Part shown: positions 1-9,023 of the stretch, in pieces | Numbering within the stretch: position 1 is the first letter of the stretch | How the letters are laid out: every line of letters begins with the position of its first letter | Source: Alphaproteobacteria bacterium | GTDB lineage: Bacteria; Pseudomonadota; Alphaproteobacteria; Rickettsiales; UBA3002 | Direction of reading: 5' to 3' | Assembly (NCBI GenBank): GCA_031402515.1 | Contig: JANNSK010000114.1 | Location: 1 to 59,311, forward strand | DNA: 59,311 bases | Position numbers and translations under genes: made by a program | The notes under the pieces: model-generated | The model's input: the letters and a program-made list of their open reading frames with translations, nothing else | Databases searched by the model: none | Told to the model about the DNA's origin: nothing

Positions 1-27
1 TTTTTCGTTCACTAAAATGCGAGGATC

Positions 28-384
28 TTAGTGGGCAGCAGCCGGTGCAGCGGCAGCCGGAGCAGCAGCATCCGCAGCCGTAGCGGCCGAAGTAGCAGCA
101 GCATCAGCAGCAGCGCCAGCAGCGGTAGCAGCAGTGCCAGCAGCAGCAGCGGCAGCATCCGCAGCAGCAGCGGCGGCAGCAGCATCCACAGCAGCGGCAT
201 CAGCAGCCGGAGCAGGAGCAGCCGCCTCAGGAGCAGCAGCTTCCGGGGTTGCTGTCATTTCTTCGCTGGTCACTTCCGTGGCCGGCTCTTTCGAGCCCAT
301 CGCAACGATAACCGCTGCCACAACGGCAACGATCGCGATGGCAACAATGATTTTTTTATTGGAACCTTTTGTTGGGGAATTCAT
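28..384 (-). CDS. Hypothetical membrane-anchored Ala/Pro-rich low-complexity protein
   Basis: 118-aa ORF. It has an N-terminal hydrophobic anchor (KKIIVAIAIVAVVAAVIVAM) followed by a (GCN)n-encoded poly-Ala/Pro/Glu tail, and a GAAGGA Shine-Dalgarno-like motif upstream of the ATG at 384. ORFs in other frames over the same GCN tract look like read-through artefacts. Confidence 0.4.
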   Translation of the reverse strand: MNSPTKGSNKKIIVAIAIVAVVAAVIVAMGSKEPATEVTSEEMTATPEAAAPEAAAPAPAADAAAVDAAAAAAAADAAAAAAGTAATAAGAAADAAATSAATAADAAAPAAAAPAAAH

Positions 385-503
385 AAGCCCTCATATCCTT
401 CTAGGGTTGGAGTTGAAGTTCTTTAATAGAACCGGTATCTATCTGCAACTGAACGCATTAAGAGTCAACACTTTACGTATAGTTTCATGGGATAATCCCA
501 CCA

Positions 504-1058
504 ATGAGCACGCAAGCACAGGAAAAACAAAAGAAAAATTGGAAAACCAACCCCATAGTCCTCATCGGGCTGATGGGGGTGGGTAAATCAACGATCGGTC
601 GCCGGTTGGCCAAAAAACTTGGCTGGAAGTTCATTGATTCCGACGTGGAAATCGAGGCAGCGGCAGGTTGCAGCGTGTCGGATATCTTCGCGATTCACGG
701 TGAGCCGATTTTCCGCGATCTGGAAAAACGGGTGATCAAGCGGCTGCTTTCCTCCGGTACGCCGCTGGTGCTGGCGACGGGCGGCGGCGCGTGGATGCAG
801 CCTGCGGTGCGCGAGATTATCCAGCAGAACGCGACGTCGGTGTGGCTGCGCGCGGAACTGGATGTGCTGGTCGAACGCGTCAGTCGCCGCAATTACCGGC
901 CATTGCTTGAAAAGGGCGACAAGCGCGAGATATTGGGTAAGCTGATGGCGGAGCGCTATCCGCTATACGGTGAGGCGGACCTCATCGTCGATTCGGACGG
1001 TGGCGCGCATGACCGTGTGGTTGATTTGGTGATTGAGACGCTGGAGCAAAAGAGATGA
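504..1058 (+). CDS. aroK: Shikimate kinase
   Basis: 184 aa with Walker A GLMGVGKST and a shikimate-kinase-like core (RRLAKKLGWKFIDSD ... LATGGGA). It lies immediately upstream of aroB, the conserved aroK-aroB pairing. Confidence 0.9.
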   Translation: MSTQAQEKQKKNWKTNPIVLIGLMGVGKSTIGRRLAKKLGWKFIDSDVEIEAAAGCSVSDIFAIHGEPIFRDLEKRVIKRLLSSGTPLVLATGGGAWMQPAVREIIQQNATSVWLRAELDVLVERVSRRNYRPLLEKGDKREILGKLMAERYPLYGEADLIVDSDGGAHDRVVDLVIETLEQKR

Positions 1059-1105
1059 CACATTCGATATATGCTGATGGTTTGTCTTTCGAGGCGACTC
1101 GGTAT

Positions 1106-1239
1106 GCCCTCACCCGAAATCGACTAAAGTCGATTTCGACCTCTCCCAAGGGAGAGGTAAGCAAGAGGTACAGCCTAGCCCCACGGCTACCTCTCCCTTG
1201 GGAGAGGTCAAAATCCGTCTTCGGATTTTGGGTGAGGGC
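1106..1239. repeat. Repeat family A, copy A1 (about 135-bp nested palindrome)
   Basis: Outer arms GCCCTCACCC...GGGTGAGGGC enclose two inner hairpins ACCTCTCCCAAGGGAGAGGT and ACCTCTCCCTTGGGAGAGGT. The same architecture recurs at 8830, 46116 and 55413, with a half copy at 25987. Confidence 0.85.
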
Positions 1240-1242
1240 GTC

Positions 1243-2355
1243 ATGAGCGAAACGCAAACACTGAAGGTCGATCTCGGCGCGCGCAGTTACGACGTTGTCG
1301 TTGGCGCTGGGCTGATTTCAGAGGCAGGTAAGTATGTCGCACCGTTGCTCGCCTCGCCCCGCGTGATGGTGGTGACGGATGAAACGGTGGCGCGGCATTA
1401 TCTCGCGCCGCTCATGCAATCGTTGCATGCGCAGGGCATACAAGTCGATCACGTGCGGGTGAAGGCGGGCGAGGGGAGCAAATCGTTTGCCAGTTACGCC
1501 AAGCTGATGGAAGCGCTGCTGGCGTTGAAACCAGACCGCAAGACGACGCTGCTGGCGCTCGGCGGCGGAGTGATTGGCGACCTCACCGGTTTTGCCGCGA
1601 GCACGCTATTGCGTGGCGTGCCTTATATCCAGATTCCGACGACGCTGCTGGCGCAGGTGGATAGTTCCGTGGGTGGTAAAACGGCGATCAACGCCAAGGT
1701 AGGGAAAAATCTGGTCGGGAGTTTTTATCAGCCGAGAATCGTGCTCGCCGATATTTCCACGCTGGCCACATTGCCCGCGCGGGAAATGCGTGCGGGCTAT
1801 GCCGAAATTATCAAATACGGGCTGATTATGAACGCGCCGTTTTATCACTGGTGTTTGGAAAACGGTGAAAAGCTGGTCGCGGGCGATACGGCGTTATTAC
1901 AGGTTGCCGTCGCGCAGTCGGTGGCGATGAAGGCAGAAATTGTGGGTAAGGATGAGCGTGAATCCGACCGCCGCGCGTTGCTCAATTTCGGCCATACGTT
2001 CGGCCATGCGCTCGAAGCGGAAACCGGCTATAGCGACACATTGCTGCACGGCGAGGCGGTGGCGATCGGCATGGTCATGGCCTGTCGTTTATCCACGCAG
2101 ATGAAACATCTGGCACCGGAAGTGGAGACAGAACTCGCGGCGCACCTCACGCGCATCGGGCTGCCTACCGCGCCGCACGACATCCAAAAAAACTGGGATG
2201 GTGGAAAGCTGGTGTCGCATTGTTTGAGCGATAAGAAAGCCGAGGGCGGCGCGCTGACATTTGTGATTCTCGATGCGGTGGGCAAAGCGCGCGTGGTGAA
2301 GCAGGTGGATAGCGAACTCGCGCATGTGGTGGCCGCTTCATATATGAAAGTCTGA
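1243..2355 (+). CDS. aroB: 3-dehydroquinate synthase
   Basis: The ORF-track start at 1198 reads through repeat A1. The in-frame ATG at 1243 (MSETQTLKV) gives 370 aa. Motifs GGGVIGDLTGFAA, VGGKTAIN and HTFGHALE match this family. Confidence 0.9.
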   Translation: MSETQTLKVDLGARSYDVVVGAGLISEAGKYVAPLLASPRVMVVTDETVARHYLAPLMQSLHAQGIQVDHVRVKAGEGSKSFASYAKLMEALLALKPDRKTTLLALGGGVIGDLTGFAASTLLRGVPYIQIPTTLLAQVDSSVGGKTAINAKVGKNLVGSFYQPRIVLADISTLATLPAREMRAGYAEIIKYGLIMNAPFYHWCLENGEKLVAGDTALLQVAVAQSVAMKAEIVGKDERESDRRALLNFGHTFGHALEAETGYSDTLLHGEAVAIGMVMACRLSTQMKHLAPEVETELAAHLTRIGLPTAPHDIQKNWDGGKLVSHCLSDKKAEGGALTFVILDAVGKARVVKQVDSELAHVVAASYMKV

Positions 2356-2365
2356 GGAGGGCCTT

Positions 2366-3661
2366 ATGGAAATGGCAGATATTCTGTTTTCGATGGGCAT
2401 GATTTTCCTATGCGTCGTCGGCTCGGCGTTTTTTGCGGGGGCGGAGACGGCGGTGACCGGCGTTTCGCAGGCGCGGCTGTTCCACCTCATGCAGGAAGGC
2501 GATCCGCGGGCGCAGAAAATCGATGAATTGCGCAAGGACAAAGAAGCGCTGATCGGTGCGCTGCTGCTCGGCAATAGCGCCGTGCATATCCTTGGTTCGG
2601 CGCTCGCCGCCGGGCTTGCCATCAAGCTCTACGGTGAGGATGGCGTGTTCTACGCCTCGGCGGTGATGACGATTATCGTCGTAACCTTCGGCGAAGTGCT
2701 GCCCAAAACCTACGCCATATTAAACAGCGAGGCGGTGACGCTCAGGGTGAGTTATTTCCTGTGGTTCATCTGCCGTCTACTGAGTCCGTTCGTGCGCGTC
2801 ATTCAATGGATCGACTACCCGTTCCTGCGCCTGCTGGGTGTGCATGATGGGCGGAGCAAATCGCTGGTTTCGGCGACCGATGTGATTCGCGGCACTATCG
2901 AGATGCATCATGAGGAAGGTGACGTTATCAAGAAAGATCGCGACATGCTGGGCAGCATTCTCGACCTCACCCATCGCGGAGTGGCCGAGGTGATGGTGCA
3001 TCGCAAGCAGGTGGAGAGTATCGACCTGTCGGAAGACCCCGAAACCATTATCGGACAGGCCATCGCCTGTAACCATAGCCGCATCCCGTTATGGAAGGAC
3101 AATGTGGAGAATATCGTCGGCATCCTGCATTTGAAGGATTTGCTCAAGCTGGTGCGTCAGCAGAAAATCGGCATCACCCGCGAGATGATTCGCCGCATCG
3201 CGCAGAAACCATGGTTCGTTCCCGAAACGACCAACCTCGCCGATCAGCTCACGGCGTTCCGTACCAAGCGTAAGCACTTCGCCTGCGTCGTCGATGAATA
3301 TGGCGCATGGCTCGGTATCGTGACGCTCGAGGACATCATCGAGGAAATCGTCGGCGATATTGACGATGAGCACGACCCACTTGAAATCGCCGAGATCATT
3401 CCGTTCGGCGAGCGGGCGTATCGCGTCGAGGGCACGGTCACCATCCGTGATTTAAACCGCAGGCTCGACTGGGATTTGCCGGATGATCATGCGAGCACCG
3501 TCGCCGGTTTGGTGTTGCATGAGGCGGAGGTGATCCCCGATAAAGGCGCCGTGTTCGAGTTTTTCGGCTACCGTTTCACCGTCGAGGAAAAACGCGCCAA
3601 CCAGATTACGCAGCTTTTGGTCGAGGAGCTTGAGGATGCGTTTGATGACGCTCAAGAATAA
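2366..3661 (+). CDS. CNNM/TlyC-family protein (DUF21 transmembrane domain, CBS pair, CorC_HlyC C-terminal domain)
   Basis: 431 aa. GAGGAGGG Shine-Dalgarno motif before the ATG. N-terminal transmembrane helices, a CBS-like pair (VMVHRKQVESI..., IVGILHLKDLL) and a C-terminal transporter-associated domain (YRVEGTVTIRDLNRRLDWDLP). Confidence 0.85.
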   Translation: MEMADILFSMGMIFLCVVGSAFFAGAETAVTGVSQARLFHLMQEGDPRAQKIDELRKDKEALIGALLLGNSAVHILGSALAAGLAIKLYGEDGVFYASAVMTIIVVTFGEVLPKTYAILNSEAVTLRVSYFLWFICRLLSPFVRVIQWIDYPFLRLLGVHDGRSKSLVSATDVIRGTIEMHHEEGDVIKKDRDMLGSILDLTHRGVAEVMVHRKQVESIDLSEDPETIIGQAIACNHSRIPLWKDNVENIVGILHLKDLLKLVRQQKIGITREMIRRIAQKPWFVPETTNLADQLTAFRTKRKHFACVVDEYGAWLGIVTLEDIIEEIVGDIDDEHDPLEIAEIIPFGERAYRVEGTVTIRDLNRRLDWDLPDDHASTVAGLVLHEAEVIPDKGAVFEFFGYRFTVEEKRANQITQLLVEELEDAFDDAQE

Positions 3662-3662
3662 A

Positions 3663-3738
3663 GTGGTGACAAGTGACAGGTGGCATGTGGCATGCGAAGG
3701 CATGGACAACGTGCCACTTGTCACCTGTCACCTGCCAC
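3663..3738. repeat. Imperfect hairpin built from 7-nt word repeats (GTGACAA GTGACAG GTGGCAT GTGGCAT ... inverted)
   Basis: Starts 2 nt after the stop at 3661. The left array and the right array (GTGCCACTTGTCACCTGTCACCTGCCAC) are approximately complementary. Confidence 0.6.
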
Positions 3739-3742
3739 TTTT

Positions 3743-3919
3743 ATGAGCGAAGCGAACGACACTATCATCGAGTTCATCACCCACGGCAGGTTCGTGCGGG
3801 TGACGGCGATCGATCCCAAAACCGGCAGAGAGGTGACCATCGTCGGCGATGCCGCCCTCCCGCGCGACAAGTTGGCCCAAGAGGCTATCAAGAAGCTGAA
3901 ATATATGATGAAAAAGTAG
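3743..3919 (+). CDS. Small hypothetical protein (58 aa)
   Basis: The ORF-track start at 3680 lies inside the word hairpin. The in-frame ATG at 3743 gives MSEANDTIIEFITHGRFVRVTAIDPKTGREVTIVGD... I recall this as a small conserved alphaproteobacterial protein but have not verified that. Confidence 0.5.
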   Translation: MSEANDTIIEFITHGRFVRVTAIDPKTGREVTIVGDAALPRDKLAQEAIKKLKYMMKK

Positions 3920-3963
3920 TTTTAGGGGTTCAGGGTTCAGGAAGTGCCTTGCCATCCCCTCGG

Positions 3964-4079
3964 CGTCATTCCCGCGCAGGCGGGAATCCAGCTTCAAGCC
4001 GCGTCTGCGGCGAAAAGACTGCTGTTTTACCGCGCCGGACGGCGCTTAGCGCTGGATTCCCGCCTGCGCGGGAATGACG
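3964..4079. repeat. Repeat family D, copy D1
   Basis: Terminal inverted arms CGTCATTCCCGCGCAGGCGGGAATCCAGC ... GCTGGATTCCCGCCTGCGCGGGAATGACG. Related copies lie at 41518 and 46434. Confidence 0.8.
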
Positions 4080-4105
4080 GAGCCTTCCCACCAGCCCCCC
4101 AAATC

Positions 4106-4122
4106 TTCACAAAACCTTAACA
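4106..4122 (+). promoter_or_regulatory. Tandem-hexamer box TTCACAaaaccTTAACA
   Basis: Two direct hexamers in 11-bp phase, 74 nt upstream of the ATG at 4196. Member of the 13-site box family described in the findings. Confidence 0.5.
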
Positions 4123-4195
4123 TTCAAGGGGTGGGTATTCATGATATGTTAACCATGTAGTAGTAGAATCAGAGCATCTGAGGCTAGCAAAGACC

Positions 4196-4891
4196 ATGGT
4201 TGAGAAAAGTACACCAGCAACACCATCACCCAAAGCGACGGCGGCGAAGCCGGTTGTGGCTGTGACGAAATCCGGCAAGCCGCTCGCTTCATTCGGCGAT
4301 CCGCTCCAACGGGCGATGGCTGAGCTGATGGTCGTTGTAGAGCCAAGAGAGTCAGAGAAGGCGCATGTTAAGGCCGACCTAGAGCAGCTACAAAAAAAAC
4401 ATGCTGGCCACCCAGAAGTCTATATCGATCCAAAGTTTGTACGCGACAATACAGAAACTCTTGCCATGCGTAACCTCAATGACTGGGCAAACATTTCTGC
4501 CGCACAGAAATATGTATTCCTCCGCCGTGCCGAGGATTATGCGCGTGCTTGGCAGGAAACCGATAAAGATCCAGAGCCTTTAAAGACGCCCGCGGCGATA
4601 AAAAAATATTGCGTTGATCAATTTACCGAAGGTTACAACAAGGCTGCCGGTTGGATGGCAGATCGTGATCGGGAGTTGAATAGGCAATGGGACACATGGA
4701 GTAAAGACTCATATTGGAAGCCCGCTGTTCACGGTTTAGTGCAAACTTTAATCGTCCCGACAGTAGTGGCTGCCACCCGCCTTCCCACGGCTGATGACAT
4801 CTTTTGGCACTCAGCACCCGCGACGCCCGACGTAAAAAAAAACCCTCAGCCATCCTCGATGACCCCGCTCAAAAAGGAGCACCAGCTATGA
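4196..4891 (+). CDS. Hypothetical protein (231 aa), no signal peptide
   Basis: Long ORF downstream of the box. Its stop overlaps the next start (ATGA at 4888-4891). It shares a helical motif (AAQKYVFLRRAEDYARAW...DPEPLKTP) with the repeats of the downstream giant protein. Confidence 0.6.
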   Translation: MVEKSTPATPSPKATAAKPVVAVTKSGKPLASFGDPLQRAMAELMVVVEPRESEKAHVKADLEQLQKKHAGHPEVYIDPKFVRDNTETLAMRNLNDWANISAAQKYVFLRRAEDYARAWQETDKDPEPLKTPAAIKKYCVDQFTEGYNKAAGWMADRDRELNRQWDTWSKDSYWKPAVHGLVQTLIVPTVVAATRLPTADDIFWHSAPATPDVKKNPQPSSMTPLKKEHQL

Positions 4892-7800
4892 CAAACTTCC
4901 CACCCAAAGTCGTCGCGAAGCCAGAACCGAATGCGGTGGTCGCGAAGCCAGTTGGCGCGAAGCCTGCGTATAAAAACGCGAATGACGACGCCGAACTTAA
5001 GTTCGCTATGTCGGAATTGTTGGGTACTACGTTTGAAGATATATCGGCGCGCGGCGAGTTGAACGCTGTCATGAGCAGTAGCGATGAAATGCCAGACGGC
5101 GCATCGCCTGGGTATCTCAGCCCGGCATTCCGCCAGAAATTTATGCAAGCAGGGCATAACTACAACAATAGCGATTCCGCGCGCGTATCGAAACTTCTGA
5201 TCTACAAGATGCTGGAGCGCGCGGCGGAGGTGGCTAACTACAAGGCTGCCAATGGCGGCAATACTCCGACGAAATTGAGTTTTGCCGCAGCGAATGTGCG
5301 GCGCGACGAAGCCTTCCACCCCCAAAAAAATGCCGCGGATGCGCTCCATTTCGCCCGCGAAGAAATGCTTAGTCGCTGGAATCCTAATCATATGCGCGCG
5401 GTCCCATTACTGAATGGCCTTGATGTGAATGACCCCAATGTTTTGACAGAAACGTCACGCAATAAATTCCTGGATATGTACAAAGACCAATATTGGATTG
5501 ATGCTGGCGCAAGTTATATCTGGGCCTATGCGGTCAATCAGCGTGCCGAAGGCATGTTGAATTTTTGGAAAACTCCGGGAAATAACGACAAGACTCCGCC
5601 GGCCATCGACGTTAGAAAAGCGTATGATGATGCGAAAGTATTGGCCGATCATTACAAGCCTGCCGCTCCTGCAATCCCCGCGCCTGCGACAACGCCTGCG
5701 GCCACCCCACCACCTGCGGCCAAACCTGCGCCGGGGATGCCGGGCGCACGCACGCCTAAGGATGCGCTTGAGTATGCGAAGGAAGAGATACTGAATAACA
5801 ATGTATGGAATACTGGGTCCCAGAGCACGCGTGATGCGTACAATGCGCGTTTCCCAACGGTGGTCACCCCCCAAATGCTAACGAAGGATTACCGCAAAGC
5901 TTTTATCACCAAAGCGGCGAAAACGGAGGGCATCGAGCGCACAACCTATGTCAAAATATACAACGTCTACCTGCATGCCGAAGAGGTGATGAATTTCTGG
6001 AACAAAAATCCCGGAAAAAATCCTCCCAAGCTGTCAGAAGGTACGATTGATCAGCGCATTGCCGACACAGAAAATAAGCAGGTCGCGACACTTGCAAAGA
6101 CACTGGCAGAAGAGGAAGCCAAGAAAACCGCGAAGACAGCACCACCGGTGGCGGGCAGAAAACCCGCCGCTATGCCGCCAGCAGCGAATACACCAACTCC
6201 ATCGACCACTGCGCCTGTTGTGCCGCTACCGGTAGCACCCGCCGCGCCGGTACCACCGGCATCGACCAAACCCGCCAAACCCGCCAAACCCGCCACACCA
6301 GCCAATCCGCTGCCACCAGCCACTCCGACGCCGACTGCGGGCGGTAAGCCTGCTGTAGCGACGGCTCCGTTGTTCAGTTTTGGGAGAGCAGAACCCTCGC
6401 TGCAAAGCGTCGAGAAGGCGATTTATGACCTCGCCAAGAAGAAGTGGGACAAAGACGTCGCCGCCCATAAGAAATGGGAAGAGGCAGCCAAGGCTGATGC
6501 ATCCAAAGCAGGTAATGAGCCAAAGGTTGATGATGAGCCGAAATATGCAGACTATGTGACTCAGTACACCGGCAAAACGGCGACTCAGGCGCTGATGCTT
6601 GAGGCGACTGACGGCAAACTTAATGCGATTCCTACTGGCCATCTCCCGGCGGCGCAGGCGCAGGCGCTCGGTGCGATTCTGTTGCGCATTGAGAAGAACG
6701 GTAACGGCACCGCGCGGCCCGATGTGACGGTGATGGGCGCTGATAACCAGCCGCATCAGCTCGAACCTAAAGAACTGTCCGCATGGCTGCAGGAAACCGC
6801 GCCGGATCAGCAGAAGCGCCCGGCGGGCGTTACGGCGGGCATGCCAGTCGATGCATGGGCGAAGGCGCGGAATGTCGGGCTGACGGCGCTTGCGTCGTCC
6901 TATCCGCTCCTGAACCCTAGTGATAGTGGTGACCCGTATGTTATCGAAACTGCCAAAGGGCAACGTCGCGTGGTCAGCAACGGCGTCGTTACCTTGCCGC
7001 TCGACGGGTATTACGGCGGTATCGATAACGGCACGCATGCTGCCGATGGTGACATCATCGACGTCTATATCAGTACCAAGGCGCACGATATGATGAAGGC
7101 CACGCCTCCCAAGGAGGTGAAGGGCAAAGTGTTCGTTATGCAGCAGATGGATAAAGGCAAAGACAATGACGAATTAAAAATCGGCATCGGTTACGACTCC
7201 GCCGAAGCGTTTGTCGCGGCCATGGCAAGCACGTGGGACAACAAGCAAAAATTCGTCGATGACAATCTCGGCAAAGTAGTCGAAATGACGTGGAGCCAGT
7301 ATTACGATAAAAATGGGCTGCAGGCGGCGCTGGCAGAGAAAGAAGCAACGTGGAAAAACGATAGAGTCAATCTCACGGTGGATGAGGTGGTGGCATTGCC
7401 GGCAATGCAGGACCCAAAAGTTACCGTTTACCAGCCTGCCCAACTTACTGCCGCGGCGCTCGCGTCACGCGCGGCTCCAGCAGCACCGGCAGCGAAACCG
7501 CCCGTTGCACCTGCAGTTGTTCCGCCGACGCCCGCGCCCGTCGTTCCGCCTGCAGTGCCTGCAGCACCCGTTGAAAAACCTGCAGAGGGGAAACCGCCTG
7601 TTGTCGAAAAACCGGTGGATGTGGAAAAGCCCAAACCGATCGTACCGACGCCGACGCCGACAGAAAAACCGGTCGAGCCATTAAAACCGGTGCCACCACC
7701 GACACCGAAACCCGAAACACCCGTCGGCCCGACCATCCAAACACTGATGGCGACACCACAAAAAAGCAGCAAAGCTTTCGAAGCGATGGGCATGTATGAT

Positions 7801-8655
7801 CGGCGCACCGCCGTACTCGATGTGGCGGTTATAGCCATGCTGCGTGATCGCGATTCCTTCGCGCATGTGCTGGATCGTCTGCGCGGCAGCGACAAGCAGG
7901 GTTTCTTCGGTCGCATCTTCGACAAGAGCGAGCATGAGCGCCTTGCCGACCGGCTGGAGGATGTTGCGGAAGCCATGGATGACCGTGCCCGCCTTGATCA
8001 TCGTGCGCAGAAAGGCAAACGCGTGTCACCGGATGATATTCGCGAAGCCAACGAGGATATCAACAAAGCCTTTGAAAAATTGGAGCAGTATCTCAACTCG
8101 ATTAAGGACAACAGCAAGCCCGTCGTCGGCGTCTGGCAAGACGAGGGCGAACCGCCGCGTGAGCCGCGTACGCGCGAAGAGAAAAGGATCGTTGCCAAGT
8201 TGATACGTGATGAGGAACGCAAGCAGCGCAAAGATCTCAATCACGCATTCGATCGTCAGGAAGCGGTGGCGATGCTGATGGGTATCGTCGGCGAGACGCC
8301 TGCCGTCAATGCGCTGGCACGTGATATCGTGGTGGATGATCTGGCACGCGAGGATATCGATCCGGGCATCGCCCTGCGGATTGATCGTTCGATAAAAGCG
8401 GTTGAGGCGGAAAAACGCACCGGCAGGTTTGGTACGGTCATCCGTCCCGACATCAGCGAGATCTTTCCTCCCGAGGTTCCGGCTGCGGCGGTGGTTACAC
8501 CGCAGGCAGCCAAGGACGCCGCACTTGAGGCGGGCGATAAAGCGAAGGCTTCCGGTGCCGGTGCTGCCAGCGATGTGGATGTTGAAGACACACCCGTACC
8601 GCAGAATGTTGCGACGAATGGCAAGGCTAACCAGGATGAGCCTTCCCGCGCGTAG
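4888..8655 (+). CDS. Giant modular hypothetical protein (1255 aa) with three Pro/Ala-rich linkers and an inorganic-pyrophosphatase-like central domain
   Basis: AAGGAG Shine-Dalgarno motif and ATG at 4888 (MTNFPPKV); the ORF-track start at 4804 is upstream of this. Three internal repeats end in NFW-x-PG-N. The segment LPLDGYYGGIDNGTHAADGDIIDVYIST...KVFVMQQMDKGKDNDELKIGIGY parallels the family I pyrophosphatase core (YG..T...DGDP.DV... D..G.D.K). Confidence 0.75.
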   Translation: MTNFPPKVVAKPEPNAVVAKPVGAKPAYKNANDDAELKFAMSELLGTTFEDISARGELNAVMSSSDEMPDGASPGYLSPAFRQKFMQAGHNYNNSDSARVSKLLIYKMLERAAEVANYKAANGGNTPTKLSFAAANVRRDEAFHPQKNAADALHFAREEMLSRWNPNHMRAVPLLNGLDVNDPNVLTETSRNKFLDMYKDQYWIDAGASYIWAYAVNQRAEGMLNFWKTPGNNDKTPPAIDVRKAYDDAKVLADHYKPAAPAIPAPATTPAATPPPAAKPAPGMPGARTPKDALEYAKEEILNNNVWNTGSQSTRDAYNARFPTVVTPQMLTKDYRKAFITKAAKTEGIERTTYVKIYNVYLHAEEVMNFWNKNPGKNPPKLSEGTIDQRIADTENKQVATLAKTLAEEEAKKTAKTAPPVAGRKPAAMPPAANTPTPSTTAPVVPLPVAPAAPVPPASTKPAKPAKPATPANPLPPATPTPTAGGKPAVATAPLFSFGRAEPSLQSVEKAIYDLAKKKWDKDVAAHKKWEEAAKADASKAGNEPKVDDEPKYADYVTQYTGKTATQALMLEATDGKLNAIPTGHLPAAQAQALGAILLRIEKNGNGTARPDVTVMGADNQPHQLEPKELSAWLQETAPDQQKRPAGVTAGMPVDAWAKARNVGLTALASSYPLLNPSDSGDPYVIETAKGQRRVVSNGVVTLPLDGYYGGIDNGTHAADGDIIDVYISTKAHDMMKATPPKEVKGKVFVMQQMDKGKDNDELKIGIGYDSAEAFVAAMASTWDNKQKFVDDNLGKVVEMTWSQYYDKNGLQAALAEKEATWKNDRVNLTVDEVVALPAMQDPKVTVYQPAQLTAAALASRAAPAAPAAKPPVAPAVVPPTPAPVVPPAVPAAPVEKPAEGKPPVVEKPVDVEKPKPIVPTPTPTEKPVEPLKPVPPPTPKPETPVGPTIQTLMATPQKSSKAFEAMGMYDRRTAVLDVAVIAMLRDRDSFAHVLDRLRGSDKQGFFGRIFDKSEHERLADRLEDVAEAMDDRARLDHRAQKGKRVSPDDIREANEDINKAFEKLEQYLNSIKDNSKPVVGVWQDEGEPPREPRTREEKRIVAKLIRDEERKQRKDLNHAFDRQEAVAMLMGIVGETPAVNALARDIVVDDLAREDIDPGIALRIDRSIKAVEAEKRTGRFGTVIRPDISEIFPPEVPAAAVVTPQAAKDAALEAGDKAKASGAGAASDVDVEDTPVPQNVATNGKANQDEPSRA

Positions 8656-8795
8656 CGAAAGCCGCCCTCACTTACCCACACTTATGTTGCGATGCAGCGC
8701 GAAGGGGCAGGTTTGCCTTGCGTCGCATAGTCACCGCTGCTAGCCCTCGACCAGCGCCATATGCTTGAATTCTGGCCGCATTTTATCATCGCAAG

Positions 8796-8829
8796 ATGAT
8801 GGATGACAGGATGATGGATGATCCGTGGT
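8796..8829. repeat. 7-nt word repeats (GATGATG GATGACA GGATGAT GGATGAT), left flank of A2
   Basis: Approximately inverted relative to 8972-9008 (GGATCATCGATCATCGGGTCATCGATCATCGAT). Together they bracket repeat A2. Confidence 0.6.
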
Positions 8830-8966
8830 GCCCTCACCCGAAATTTGCTAAAGCAAATTTCGACCTCTCCCAAGGGAGAGGTAACCGTGGGGCGCGATCT
8901 TGCCTCTTGTTTACCTCTCCCTTGGGAGAGGTCGAAAATCGTTTTTCACGATTTTCGGGTGAGGGC
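8830..8966. repeat. Repeat family A, copy A2
   Basis: Same outer arms (GCCCTCACCC / GGGTGAGGGC) and inner CCTCTCCC-N3-GGGAGAGG hairpins as A1. Confidence 0.85.
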
Positions 8967-9023
8967 AACTTTACGGATCATCGATCATCGGGTCATCGAT
9001 CATCGATACTACAGGAGACATCC

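Noticed and set aside
12-586. Several overlapping ORFs in both strands across the (GCN)n tract at the window start (12-200, 31-426, 134-586).
   Set aside because: All frames stay open in a GCN trinucleotide repeat. Only the minus-strand ORF at 28-384 has a plausible Shine-Dalgarno motif and a membrane anchor, so the others are treated as low-complexity artefacts.
1198-1242. N-terminal extensions given by the ORF track for aroB (1198), the permease (8796), OmpA (28759), terminase (38722), portal (41623), g6 (46297) and g12 (54688).
   Set aside because: Each extension is a translation of a palindromic repeat or word hairpin. In-frame starts with Shine-Dalgarno motifs lie just downstream, at the position where family-typical sequence begins.
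6226-7086. Long antisense or out-of-frame ORFs inside confidently called genes (for example 6226-7086, 10308-10964, 28734-29852, 39229-39918, 40817-41557, 42249-42884, 53349-53975, 58589-59206).
   Set aside because: These are typical shadow ORFs of GC-rich coding DNA, with Arg/Pro/Gly-rich nonsense composition, lying entirely within genes that have strong family signatures.
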